IMG/VR virus record: IMGVR_UViG_3300047476_000704
Span: 1-64,000 of that record
Length of the DNA stretch: 64,000 nt
Strand: one strand, 5' to 3'
Source of the DNA: a virus
Part shown: positions 32,575 through 42,474 of the stretch, piece after piece
Layout: every line of letters starts with the position of its first letter
Position numbering within the stretch: the first letter of the stretch is position 1
The notes under the pieces: model-generated
The model's database searches: none
Seen by the model: only the letters and a program-made list of their open reading frames with translations
Told to the model about the DNA's origin: nothing
Program-made: the position numbers and the translations under genes

Positions 32575-33039
32575 TTAAATTTTAATTTTTAAGGAATTGA
32601 TTTCCTTCTCCGGTGTCCCGTATTTCTTGCAAAGGTTTAGTATTTCACCCTTACCATGTTTAGTAGAATATAAAATATCCAAATATTCTTCGGCTTGCAA
32701 TATAGATACTTGATTATCTTTTGCTACCAACTCAACTAACCACTTTTCGTAATCAGCTGTCTTTCTACCCTTCATATATTTTAGGTAGTATTTCTTTTTT
32801 GGTATCACATCTATCATAACTTTGTAGAATTGTTCGGCTGGTAATGTTTCAACCAATGGTTGTATTTCAGCTAAAAACTCTACAAAATCATAATTCATTG
32901 ATAAGTAACGGAAAATAAGATAATTAGTCCAAGTTTTCTTATCATCTACTGATAGAGTATTGAAATAATTAGGGTCTTGCTTTTCCGTTACTGCTGATAT
33001 GTGGTCAAATAAGCCCAATCGGGTTTTTTCCTTCGCCAT
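32575..33039 (-). CDS. Clamp loader small subunit (T4 gp62-like; start reassigned to MAKEK)
   Basis: LFDHI...YLIFRYLSM...YLKYMK; context next to the large subunit. Confidence 0.75.
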   Translation of the reverse strand: MAKEKTRLGLFDHISAVTEKQDPNYFNTLSVDDKKTWTNYLIFRYLSMNYDFVEFLAEIQPLVETLPAEQFYKVMIDVIPKKKYYLKYMKGRKTADYEKWLVELVAKDNQVSILQAEEYLDILYSTKHGKGEILNLCKKYGTPEKEINSLKIKI

Positions 33040-33259
33040 TTTCTTTTTGCTTTCTTGCTTCTTTTGGTAACAACTCTTCCAATACTTCCCCACACTCTAC
33101 ACATAGGTATAGTTCAATTGGGATTACTGCATCTTGTGGTGTACCAGTTAGTAATCTACTGATTTTCTTAAATTTAAATCCTGGTGCAAAGGTATCACCT
33201 CCACACTTTTCACAAACCATATCCTTTGCTTGTGATAAATCTATATTAGGTGCTTGCAT
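33005..33259 (-). CDS. Small CxxC-CxxC zinc-finger protein
   Basis: CEKCG and CVECG. Confidence 0.7.
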   Translation of the reverse strand: MQAPNIDLSQAKDMVCEKCGGDTFAPGFKFKKISRLLTGTPQDAVIPIELYLCVECGEVLEELLPKEARKQKENGEGKNPIGLI

Positions 33260-33564
33260 TATCTAATTACCATTAAAAGTTCACCTTCACGTAATAACAC
33301 ATATTCGGTATTGTTAAACTTTACCTTTTGAGTATCATAACTATTATGTGGTAACAATACCTTATCACCAACCTCAACTTGCATTGGAATACGAACACCA
33401 TTGTTTGTATAGATACCAGCACCAACTGATACTACCTTACCAACTTTGTTATCTCCAAATTGTGCGGTTTCTGGTAGGATGATTCCACCAACTGTCTTTT
33501 CTACTTTTTCAATTTCTACTAAAACCTTATCACCAATAGGTTTTGCTAATTCTACATTTTCCAT
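33259..33564 (-). CDS. groES: Co-chaperonin GroES
   Basis: PIGDKVLV, GGIILP, VVSVGAG, VEVGDKVL, LLREGELL. Confidence 0.93.
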   Translation of the reverse strand: MENVELAKPIGDKVLVEIEKVEKTVGGIILPETAQFGDNKVGKVVSVGAGIYTNNGVRIPMQVEVGDKVLLPHNSYDTQKVKFNNTEYVLLREGELLMVIR

Positions 33565-33570
33565 ATTTCT

Positions 33571-34527
33571 TTATTTAATAATGTTAATAATTCCAATAAT
33601 TCCAGCTACAAAGCAGATTTCTTTATCTACAACCATAGCATCTCTATATTGTGATTCTGCTAATGCGAGAATAACACTTGCTGTATTACCAGCTGCGTAT
33701 TCATCTACCTTTTCATATAAGTAAGTATATAATTCCGTAAAATCATTCAACTTATTATCCAATACCAATTGTCTGATATTTAGGTAGGTGTTTCGTTTAT
33801 CATCGTTGCCTTTTAGATATTCAACCAATTTAGATTTAACATCTGATTGAATTAAACTTTGAGTATCAATTTTCAATTCACCCTTTGATGATTGTAGTTG
33901 GCAGTTGTTGATAACTCTACGAATATCAGGGTAATACTGATTGATAATCTCTGCCAAATTTTTAATATCAAATGTAATACCTTCCGTTGTTAAGATACTA
34001 CTAACATGAACAGCTACATCTTTTTTTGATGGTGGTGTTACTGCAAATGTTTGGCAACGTGATAAGATTGGTTCAATAATCTTCTCGTGATAATTACAAG
34101 TCAAGATGAATCTACAATGTTTGCTAAATGTTTCCATCAAGTTACGCAAGATTGCTTGTGCATTCGGAGTCATATAATCAAACTCATCCAAAATGATAAT
34201 CTTAAATCCTTTGAATCCAGCTCCACTTGCAAAGTTCTTCACTTTGTTACGAACTGTATCCACATTGTTTTCATCGGATGCGTTGATAATCATATAATCA
34301 CATTCAATTGTGTTTGCTATGATTTTAGCCAATGTAGTTTTACCAGTACCTGCTTTACCATAAAGTAATAGATGTGGTACATCATTTGTTTCCAAATATC
34401 CAGCAACCTTTTCTTTTAGTAAATCATTACCAATATAATCCTTCAATACTTTTGGACGATATTTCTCTACCCACAAACTATGGTTTACGGATACATCTTC
34501 TACCTTTTCTGTTTCAAAAAATGCCAT
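33571..34527 (-). CDS. Clamp loader large subunit (RFC/gp44-like AAA+)
   Basis: WVEKYRP, GKAGTGKT, INASDE, ILDEFD, SRC. Confidence 0.95.
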   Translation of the reverse strand: MAFFETEKVEDVSVNHSLWVEKYRPKVLKDYIGNDLLKEKVAGYLETNDVPHLLLYGKAGTGKTTLAKIIANTIECDYMIINASDENNVDTVRNKVKNFASGAGFKGFKIIILDEFDYMTPNAQAILRNLMETFSKHCRFILTCNYHEKIIEPILSRCQTFAVTPPSKKDVAVHVSSILTTEGITFDIKNLAEIINQYYPDIRRVINNCQLQSSKGELKIDTQSLIQSDVKSKLVEYLKGNDDKRNTYLNIRQLVLDNKLNDFTELYTYLYEKVDEYAAGNTASVILALAESQYRDAMVVDKEICFVAGIIGIINIIK

Positions 34528-34533
34528 TATGTT

Positions 34534-35655
34534 TTATTGTTTATCTGTTAGTTTATTATGTAATAGTTGTAACATAACATCATTGTTTTTTGATAACTCA
34601 CTACAACGATTTATAGCCATAACCTCTTTTTCTTTTCTGAACTCTTCATTATCCAATAGATTATCCAACATTTCAAATAAATCTTTTTTGAATTTAAAGA
34701 ACATACCATCAGGTTCAATCTCTCTATAACAATCTGATTCCTGATATATCATAGGTGTACCATTCATCATACAATCCGTAGCTGCTACACTCCACCCATA
34801 ATTGGTTTGTCTCATTTGAATACCAACCAAACATTGTTGTAATCGGTTATAATATTCGTGCTTTGGTACTTTTGTATTATCAATCCAACTATGTTCGGGT
34901 GTACCATCTAATTGAGGCACCCACACATTGAAGTCTTGTCTTTTTTCCCTATACTCTTCCATTAGTTTAATGAAAGTTGGATACCCCTTATAAGCTGCTG
35001 CTCTATGATTGAATACGATAGTTTTAGTTTTATTTGAGGATGGTTCTGAAATAATTTTAGTATCATCTATACCAAGATTCCAAACCGTAAGAATATTATT
35101 TAATCTTTCCACAAACCCATCACTATACCAAGCACTAGCTTCTTCCAATACTCTATTCTTTTGGTCTTGTGTATTTAAGAAGCAAGTATCCATTTGAGAT
35201 ACACCTAATAATTCTATGGGCATCCATCTCCATTTGTTCTTTCTATCCTCCGCGTTGCACGATTTCATTTCCCACCAATGTGCGTAACCAACTATTTTAG
35301 TATCAAATGAGTTTTTATATCTACCCACTTGCGGCCAATCTGGTAAATGGGAATAAATTACATCGTATTCAACATTCTCCAACACTTTATTCATATCAGG
35401 TGGATATGTACGCATCTTTATCATATCACCAGAGAATGGTAGTATATGCTGCTTAACATTTAATAGGTTAAGCTTTTGTACGGGTTTGGGTAATATGATA
35501 TTCCAAAAGTATTCTCCATAGTTTTCTAACCCTTTAATGTGATTGTAAATTACATCCACAAAAGAATCTTTTTCTATATTGCTGGAGTTAGTGATGTTTG
35601 GTATCACTAATACTTTTCTAGCATTATTACTTATTTGTCCTTCCCAAAATTGCAT
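34534..35655 (-). CDS. GT-B fold glycosyltransferase in the replisome operon
   Basis: YSHLP, VFNHR...KGY, SVAATDCMMNGTP. Confidence 0.7.
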   Translation of the reverse strand: MQFWEGQISNNARKVLVIPNITNSSNIEKDSFVDVIYNHIKGLENYGEYFWNIILPKPVQKLNLLNVKQHILPFSGDMIKMRTYPPDMNKVLENVEYDVIYSHLPDWPQVGRYKNSFDTKIVGYAHWWEMKSCNAEDRKNKWRWMPIELLGVSQMDTCFLNTQDQKNRVLEEASAWYSDGFVERLNNILTVWNLGIDDTKIISEPSSNKTKTIVFNHRAAAYKGYPTFIKLMEEYREKRQDFNVWVPQLDGTPEHSWIDNTKVPKHEYYNRLQQCLVGIQMRQTNYGWSVAATDCMMNGTPMIYQESDCYREIEPDGMFFKFKKDLFEMLDNLLDNEEFRKEKEVMAINRCSELSKNNDVMLQLLHNKLTDKQ

Positions 35656-35656
35656 A

Positions 35657-36877
35657 TTACCTTCCTACTTCTGATAAATAAAGTTCTTTCATTTTCTCCC
35701 AACTAATACCAATTGCATCTACATAAAATAGAACCTCTGGTTTAATCTTACCTTCATCGTATAATTTAATGTAACGATTTTTGGCTTTCTTTTTCCACCA
35801 ATCCATTGTATATTGAATACCATTCTTAAACTTGTCTTTCAATACCAATTCATCTTCGGAAATCTTATCACATAAGAACTCATTACCATTCTCATACATT
35901 TGTGCGAAATATACACCTCTTTGAAATCCGTGGTCATATGCATCTGATTTAATTCCCAACTCTTTATAGATTGATTGAATAATCTTTTGCTTAATACCAC
36001 TTACAGGTCCGTTTTTTTCATAACCCATATTAGCACCATTTCTTTCACGTTCTTGTGTAATATTTTTACTATACCACTCTGAACGATTTTCTTTAATCCA
36101 TTGATGCCAAGGGTCATAAACCGAATCATCTGGCTTTGTAGAAATCTTACCTTTTGATTCACCTAATGTTTTGAAGTGAGGGATACCATTGTATTGTGAG
36201 TGAATACCATATAGGGATGTTGTACCTATACCAACTAATGGATTACTATATTTCTTTTTCCAATAATCCCGTATCTCTGGTGCGGTTGCTAATGCTGCAA
36301 TTAGTTTACCACCCAAAAAGTTATAACCAAATGGTTGTGTTGATACGATAGTAGTTGCAATAGCAGTACAATTCAATTTACCCTTCTTAAACTTATCATC
36401 TTTACTCCAACCAATGTATGCATCTCTAACACCCAATGATGTAATATCAGAACCTAAACAAATCTGTCCTAATATTTTACCAGTCTTTCTATCTTTTGCA
36501 TAGATTTTAACATTACGACCTGGGTTAGCAGAGAACTCCATTGTATGGATAAGTCTACGAATATCAGTCCATCTTGTTGATTCCTTTGGATTATCTTCAA
36601 CAATTTCCACATAAGGGTCTAACTCATCCAATTCTTTCAGAGTTAGCTCCTTATTGTATATATCGGTTGGTCTCCACAATACATCGTAGAATTGTCCCAA
36701 ATATGATTTTTTAGGAAATGTTGTTTTTAAATCCGCATTCCATTCCATCCACTTTTTGTATAGTGTTTGTTCTTCAACGGACATTTCTTTAAGATAATCC
36801 AAATTCTCAATGAACTTGCGTTTCATCTCATCGTAATTAAAAACCTCCTTTGGTTCTTCGGTATCCCAAAACTTCAT
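35657..36877 (-). CDS. DUF4338/DruA-like protein
   Basis: PGRNVKIY...GQICLGSD, QPFGYNFLGGKLIA, TTSLYG. Confidence 0.7.
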   Translation of the reverse strand: MKFWDTEEPKEVFNYDEMKRKFIENLDYLKEMSVEEQTLYKKWMEWNADLKTTFPKKSYLGQFYDVLWRPTDIYNKELTLKELDELDPYVEIVEDNPKESTRWTDIRRLIHTMEFSANPGRNVKIYAKDRKTGKILGQICLGSDITSLGVRDAYIGWSKDDKFKKGKLNCTAIATTIVSTQPFGYNFLGGKLIAALATAPEIRDYWKKKYSNPLVGIGTTSLYGIHSQYNGIPHFKTLGESKGKISTKPDDSVYDPWHQWIKENRSEWYSKNITQERERNGANMGYEKNGPVSGIKQKIIQSIYKELGIKSDAYDHGFQRGVYFAQMYENGNEFLCDKISEDELVLKDKFKNGIQYTMDWWKKKAKNRYIKLYDEGKIKPEVLFYVDAIGISWEKMKELYLSEVGR

Positions 36878-36890
36878 ATATGATTTGTTA

Positions 36891-37610
36891 TTATGCTCCA
36901 GCTTGTACTTCTACTAAATAATATTTTGATGTAAAGTCATCAATTTGGAATGCAATGTGTGCTAATCCTTGTGTTGAAATTTGTAATTTAGCTGAATTTG
37001 CATCTTTGTTTGCTACCAATACCTCTTTAAGATATTTAGCGGAAAATGAAATTGCTTTAACTTCTGCACCATACGAAGAATGTACAGTATATGTAATTCG
37101 GTTAGAGTTTACATTTGAATAACCTAATACCAAATTCAAATCACCCTTCTCGGTAAGAATTGTAAATGTATCTACATCAGATAATGCATTTTTACCTTTG
37201 ATAAAACGGTCAATAAATGCGTTATCCAATTCAATCTGAATATCAAACTCTGGTAATGATTTCAAATCAGGTACCGCTGGAATAACTGCCAATTCAGCTA
37301 ACTGATAATTTACCTTTGTTTTGTCACTTTTGATGTTCAATGAAATACTTTTTTCTTCCATCTTACCAACCTCTAATTCAACATCATCACCCATTACAGA
37401 TAACATACGATTTAGATTTGATGTAGTGTAAACACCCAACTCTGCTGTATCAAATGTGAAATTTGCTAACTCTACCTCACCCAATAGAGTCTTATCATCG
37501 GAAATAAACTTTGTACTCAATGTAGTACCATCAGTTTTCCAAGCAACACTTTCAATAAGCCCAGCCAAGTTGTACTTTTGAATGAAACGATTTAATCTTA
37601 CTTTGTTCAT
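36891..37610 (-). CDS. Sliding clamp (gp45-like)
   Basis: Size, beta-rich two-domain pattern, position next to the polymerase. Confidence 0.8.
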   Translation of the reverse strand: MNKVRLNRFIQKYNLAGLIESVAWKTDGTTLSTKFISDDKTLLGEVELANFTFDTAELGVYTTSNLNRMLSVMGDDVELEVGKMEEKSISLNIKSDKTKVNYQLAELAVIPAVPDLKSLPEFDIQIELDNAFIDRFIKGKNALSDVDTFTILTEKGDLNLVLGYSNVNSNRITYTVHSSYGAEVKAISFSAKYLKEVLVANKDANSAKLQISTQGLAHIAFQIDDFTSKYYLVEVQAGA

Positions 37611-37651
37611 AATTTATTGTTTTAATTTTTACAAATATACGAAAATTTATT

Positions 37652-40180
37652 TTAGAATCCAAAAAATTGTGATAGTTTTTTTTCTGCATGGTTTACTTTT
37701 TCCCATTTCAATGCTCTATAAAAGTCATTCATTTTGTTTTCCAACTCTGCTTCAAATATTCTATCAACATCAATGTATTTTTTAACAAAATCCATAATAA
37801 CATCTGGGTCATTATAGTTTTTAAATGCAACCGTATCTAATCCAAACGGATTTTGTTTTAAATATACCCATTTAATCTTATCTCCATCTCTAATTGGTTC
37901 GTATAAGAATGGGCAATTGTAATGTTTAAGTAATCGGTTATATGTAATTGCTGCTTTAACGTGGGCAGGTGTGCCAGGTAAAAATGCTCCAATTCGTTTT
38001 TCTAAATTTTTGGTATCATATTTACTAATCTCCTTTACTGCTCCACCCTTTGCTATAACTGATACATCTAAATCAGCTAAACTCAACTTAAACTCTCGTA
38101 GTTCCTTATCAACATCTTCATTTGTTTTACCAGTTAGGATGTCACGAAGAATACCACTCATAAAGTCTTGAAATGCTTTTGGAAATGATGAACGAACTAC
38201 ATCCAATCCTTTCACATCCAACTTATCACAAGGAATACCATTCTTTAGAATCATCCATTGTGCGTATCTCTTCTTTGCTACCCAAAATCCTGCTTTACTG
38301 ATATATTCTTTCTTAATTTCAAAACGATGTTTATCCTTTGATATAAAGAAGAACCTTTCTGCTAACATATCATAAAACTTATTTAGGAATGATTGCGTTT
38401 CTTCTGCAATATCATTTACCACCGAAGCCATTTGTTTCTCATCAAATGTTTTATACTCCGGAAACCTATGTTTTACCAAAGGTTCTGCTAACATATAGAT
38501 TGAATCCGTATCAATATACACATTATAATCTTCTTTTGTACCTAATTCTTTTTGGTACTTGATGTTTGCCATCTCTGCCGTTTTCTTAATAACAGTTTGG
38601 CCCGTAATCGTAACTGCCTCTGCATTATCAATATCGTAAAACCGAAAGGCAGGAAGACCAAGAACACCATACATAGAGTTAAGAAGAATCTTCTGAACCA
38701 ACTGCCTTTTAGCATAAAATTCATATTTCTCCGTATCACCCGCTTCACCATATTGCTTTTCTAATTTTCTAAATTCTACCCGTTGTGAAAACCATAAATC
38801 TAAAATATCTGCAATAAGTCCAGGTTTACTCTGGTCATACAGAACCCCATTGGCGGCTACACCCAATCCGTGCTCTTTAATCATCTGCTGTACTTCACCT
38901 TTACTATAAGTTTCCGTACTACCTTCCGATGTTACATCATATGTTTTATCCACACCTCTAATCCATTCTTCCGCATCCCAATTCTCAATCTTACCCATTT
39001 TAGTTTCGGGAGAAATATTTAGGGTCATAATAATAGATGGATATAGCGATGTTAAATCCAAGTCATAAATCCAATCATACTTACCAACGATAGGTTCTTT
39101 CACATATGCTCCGATGAACTTCTCTTGGTTATTATCATTGATTTCCTGCATCCGTTCTCTTCTATCCGCAGGTTTGTTTGGTGCTACTAAATTCTTTTGT
39201 TTAAGATAGTTCAAACAAGCACCTTCCAAATACTTTGATGAATACACAAAGTCCTCATATGGAACGTGACCCGCGTGGCAGATTGCTCTACATAGTTCAA
39301 TGAATTGTAGTTTCTTTTCCAAACCAACAACCAACTCAACGTCTACAATGTTATAATCAATGTATTTGTTTATATCCTCTCTGAACAAATCATCCAAATT
39401 ACCTTTGTATTCCACCTTACCCTTACCCAACTCTTTGGTTGCAATATAGTTTAGAGTATATGATGGTTCTAATGTATAGGTATATGTCTTATATAAGTGA
39501 ATATAATCCAATGCACTTACCCCAGCAAAACTCCAACGATTACGATATGGCGAATAGAAACACTCACCAATTGGTGAAAGGCGAGTTGCGTTATTTCTAC
39601 CCAATACATTTGTAATACGATTGAATAGATATGGTACGTCAAATGAGTCAATATTCCAACCCGTAATAATTGATGGTCTGATTTCCTCATAGATTGTTAA
39701 GAATGCTCTCAACAAATCTCTCTCATTACTATACGATTTAACAACTCTATTGCCAGTTGTAGTATTTTGTACCTTATCATCTTTATCCAATACCAAAGCA
39801 TAGTAAATATCAGTTGCACTATCGTGTAATGCAATTGCTGTGATTTCATTCTTTGCTTTTTGGGTATCCGGCAAACCTGATAACATTTCAACCTCAATGT
39901 CAAATGTCATCACAACATGCCCTTCGGATGGAATATCGGATGTATGATATAAATCTACTAATATACGAGTAGTTTCTGGAACATCCGATTCAAATAGATT
40001 TGGGTCATCTTTTGTAAACTCATATGTTTTGGAAACTTTAACTCCACTCAATGATGTTGCTTCACCGAATGGGTCAGGTCTCCAAGCATATGGTTTGAAA
40101 TCAAAAACCGTGTAACCGATTTTATCATCCCAAATATGGACTTTATTTTTGCCCTTTTGATAAAAAATATTTTGATACAA
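37652..40180 (-). CDS. Family B DNA polymerase (TTG start)
   Basis: FDIEV exo I, GWNIDSFD exo II, DLTSLYPS, KILLNSMYG, YIDTDS. Confidence 0.97.
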   Translation of the reverse strand: MYQNIFYQKGKNKVHIWDDKIGYTVFDFKPYAWRPDPFGEATSLSGVKVSKTYEFTKDDPNLFESDVPETTRILVDLYHTSDIPSEGHVVMTFDIEVEMLSGLPDTQKAKNEITAIALHDSATDIYYALVLDKDDKVQNTTTGNRVVKSYSNERDLLRAFLTIYEEIRPSIITGWNIDSFDVPYLFNRITNVLGRNNATRLSPIGECFYSPYRNRWSFAGVSALDYIHLYKTYTYTLEPSYTLNYIATKELGKGKVEYKGNLDDLFREDINKYIDYNIVDVELVVGLEKKLQFIELCRAICHAGHVPYEDFVYSSKYLEGACLNYLKQKNLVAPNKPADRRERMQEINDNNQEKFIGAYVKEPIVGKYDWIYDLDLTSLYPSIIMTLNISPETKMGKIENWDAEEWIRGVDKTYDVTSEGSTETYSKGEVQQMIKEHGLGVAANGVLYDQSKPGLIADILDLWFSQRVEFRKLEKQYGEAGDTEKYEFYAKRQLVQKILLNSMYGVLGLPAFRFYDIDNAEAVTITGQTVIKKTAEMANIKYQKELGTKEDYNVYIDTDSIYMLAEPLVKHRFPEYKTFDEKQMASVVNDIAEETQSFLNKFYDMLAERFFFISKDKHRFEIKKEYISKAGFWVAKKRYAQWMILKNGIPCDKLDVKGLDVVRSSFPKAFQDFMSGILRDILTGKTNEDVDKELREFKLSLADLDVSVIAKGGAVKEISKYDTKNLEKRIGAFLPGTPAHVKAAITYNRLLKHYNCPFLYEPIRDGDKIKWVYLKQNPFGLDTVAFKNYNDPDVIMDFVKKYIDVDRIFEAELENKMNDFYRALKWEKVNHAEKKLSQFFGF

Positions 40181-40238
40181 CTTATTATTGGTTTAATTTT
40201 TACAAAGATACAAAATATAAACCAAAAGAACAAATAGT

Positions 40239-40703
40239 TTAATACATTTTTACTAAACTATCTGCTGCATATGTTACTGCTGCGTTTGTTCCTTTGTGTC
40301 TACATTTATAACCCATACCTTCCACCATTCCTACTGCTTGACGGAATACTTCATTTGATTTGAATTGTGGGTCTGGGTTCAAGTCTACATCAATATAAGT
40401 TGCCTTTGGTAATCCAGCTTCTCTTAAATACTCTGCTACCTCAATAGAAGACCAAACTTCGTGTATCAAACGATTGCCTGAATAATTTTCTCTGTTTGTA
40501 TTCCAACGAGTGAATAGTAAGTGAGCTCCTTTGCCTGGAGTATATAATGCAATTACAATTGCGTAGATTGTTTTTGTTTTGAATACTTGTGAATCACACC
40601 CAATGAGTATTTCTATACCATCGTTTTTAGATAGGTATTCAGATATATATGCTACTAACTCTACTTTTTTTCTGTCAATTAATCTTCTGAATACCTTTTC
40701 CAT
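40239..40703 (-). CDS. RNase H-like protein (DUF458/YkuK-like)
   Basis: IGCDSQ, HEVWSSIEVA, IDVDLN, AAD. Confidence 0.8.
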   Translation of the reverse strand: MEKVFRRLIDRKKVELVAYISEYLSKNDGIEILIGCDSQVFKTKTIYAIVIALYTPGKGAHLLFTRWNTNRENYSGNRLIHEVWSSIEVAEYLREAGLPKATYIDVDLNPDPQFKSNEVFRQAVGMVEGMGYKCRHKGTNAAVTYAADSLVKMY

Positions 40704-40707
40704 ATCC

Positions 40708-41238
40708 TTACCTTATTTTGAATTTGTGTTTACTACCATCACTTTTTGAATAAATTACATATAATGGTGAAACTTCAAATTGCATCTGCATAAACTTATT
40801 AGTATATTGTTGCCACTTACCTTTCTTTAAGTAAGCTACAGTCATATGTGGATGATATTCTGGATAATCGTTTGAATGTGGTAGTTTCTTTAAGAGTTCG
40901 TTTGCTCTTTCCAATCCTTCGCCACTTGCATCAAACTTTAATACATCATAATCTGGGTTATCATCAAAGATAGATGGATTTGTTAGTTTAATATCACCAA
41001 ATGGAACTTGATTGATAATTTGAGATACTACACCATCTGGTACATTTGTATGTAAACCATATAGTAATGTAACGTGTGGTTCTGTTTCTAAACCATAATG
41101 ACCGTTCTCATCATCATACAAATCAACATCACTAATTGTACCAGTTAATATAGATTCATCAAAATCCAAATATAACATTGCACAACCATATTGATATGGT
41201 GTTTTTTGTATTTCTTTTAATATCTTGCGTAGTTTCAT
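40708..41238 (-). CDS. 2H phosphoesterase (Acb1/T4 57B-like candidate; start reassigned to MKLRKILKE)
   Basis: Two HxT motifs: PHVTLLYG and PHMTVAY. Confidence 0.75.
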   Translation of the reverse strand: MKLRKILKEIQKTPYQYGCAMLYLDFDESILTGTISDVDLYDDENGHYGLETEPHVTLLYGLHTNVPDGVVSQIINQVPFGDIKLTNPSIFDDNPDYDVLKFDASGEGLERANELLKKLPHSNDYPEYHPHMTVAYLKKGKWQQYTNKFMQMQFEVSPLYVIYSKSDGSKHKFKIR

Positions 41239-41251
41239 TTTGTTTTTGTTT

Positions 41252-41425
41252 TGCTGTGGTAGGAGGATTCGAACCATCCAAAGGGAGATTCAGTAAGTAA
41301 CATCCGCCGGCCGGCTTGGTGGTCTACCCCATATTACTTACCTATTTCTTTATCCCCGCCCCCGAGACAGGAGGGTGTGTCTGCCAGATTAGTGCCGCGC
41401 GCTAATCATTTTTCACCATACCACA
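41252..41425 (-). ncRNA. 174-nt tRNA-like RNA with D-loop hairpin and ~90-nt variable-arm extension
   Basis: TGTGGTA/TACCACA acceptor, GTG/CAC D stem, CCCTC-CTGTCTC-GGGGG arm, GGTTCGAATCC T loop. Confidence 0.7.
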
Positions 41426-41428
41426 ATT

Positions 41429-41623
41429 TTAAGGTCTATTGAATGTTATATTATTTTGTAACCGTATATCTTTATTATTTAATACCCAAATTTGTCCATC
41501 ATCCATTCCACAAGTAAAAAATAAATCGTGCTCTTGTGAGTAATCTATACACATAAATGCATATCCTTTCATTCCATCAGATAATCGGATAATTGGTATT
41601 GTTGGGTTTAATTGTATTATCAT
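41429..41623 (-). CDS. Small hypothetical protein
   Basis: 64-aa ORF with ATATTTATA motif upstream. Confidence 0.65.
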   Translation of the reverse strand: MIIQLNPTIPIIRLSDGMKGYAFMCIDYSQEHDLFFTCGMDDGQIWVLNNKDIRLQNNITFNRP

Positions 41624-41651
41624 GCCTATAAATATAAAGTTATGATAATTG

Positions 41652-41741
41652 TAGAGAGTGAGGGGCTCGAACCCTCGCGCCGGTTTTACCCAACCTAACA
41701 GTTTAGCAAACTGCCCCCTTCACCAACTTGGGTAACTCTCT
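41652..41741 (-). tRNA. tRNA-Ser(GCT)
   Basis: Cloverleaf; gcagt-ttGCTaa-actgt; long variable arm. Confidence 0.92.
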
Positions 41742-41742
41742 G

Positions 41743-41818
41743 TGGTGACTCCATCAGGACTCGAACCTGAAACCTACGCATTAGAAGTGCGTTGCTCTAT
41801 CCATTGAGCTATGGAGCC
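41743..41818 (-). tRNA. tRNA-Arg(TCT), CCA encoded
   Basis: acgca-ctTCTaa-tgcgt. Confidence 0.95.
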
Positions 41819-41823
41819 ATATG

Positions 41824-41909
41824 AGGAGGGTGTGAGATTCGAACTCACGGTCCTGTTACAGACTCCGGTTTTCAAGACCGGTGCAATAGACCAACTCTGC
41901 CAACCCTCC
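41824..41909 (-). tRNA. tRNA-Ser(TGA)
   Basis: ccggt-ctTGAaa-accgg; long variable arm. Confidence 0.93.
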
Positions 41910-41919
41910 TTTTATTATA

Positions 41920-42474
41920 TTACTCTTCGTTTAATTTCAAATCTTCAATAACTTCTTTATGGATTCGTCTTTCCTCTTCCATTAGTTCTTCTAACATTGC
42001 ATAAACTTCATCTCGATAATCATCATCTCCATAGAATTTATTTGCATCAATATCTTCATCTAAATATTCTTCCGAACCATATTCCGATGAATAATATGCT
42101 ATACCCATTGGGTCACAACTTTCGTCCTGAAATGTATTCTCAATTACAACATCCTCTTTGATACATATAAGTTTAGAACATAATTGTTTAAGTAATGGAT
42201 TTACTGCATCCCATGCTGATGTTAGATTGATTGAAATTTCAGTATCCCATTCTCCCTCAATTTGTCCATATACCCATTTAGCACCAACATTATCATTTAC
42301 CCAACCTCTATCATAATCCTCATCTGTCCAATTCATATCATATACACCATTAATTATATCAATTGTATGTGTATCTCCAATTTCATCCTGCACCGAAAAG
42401 ATTCTTTTCAACTCATCAATAACTGCTTGGTTACAATTTTTAACTCTAACCATATTATCTACGTGATTTGCCAT
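41920..42474 (-). CDS. Acidic hypothetical protein
   Basis: 184-aa ORF; NVGAKW...TSAWD motif. Confidence 0.65.
   Translation of the reverse strand: MANHVDNMVRVKNCNQAVIDELKRIFSVQDEIGDTHTIDIINGVYDMNWTDEDYDRGWVNDNVGAKWVYGQIEGEWDTEISINLTSAWDAVNPLLKQLCSKLICIKEDVVIENTFQDESCDPMGIAYYSSEYGSEEYLDEDIDANKFYGDDDYRDEVYAMLEELMEEERRIHKEVIEDLKLNEE

Noticed and set aside
35657-36877. Complete Druantia defence system
   Set aside because: Only a DruA-like gene is present, with no DruE-like helicase, and it lies inside the replisome operon
37652-40180. Intein or split in the DNA polymerase (also checked nrdA and helicase)
   Set aside because: Lengths and motif spacing are normal; no splicing motifs seen
41252-41425. 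Intron-containing tRNA-Asp
   Set aside because: Insertions lie in the D loop and variable arm, not the anticodon loop, and are far too short for group I or II introns
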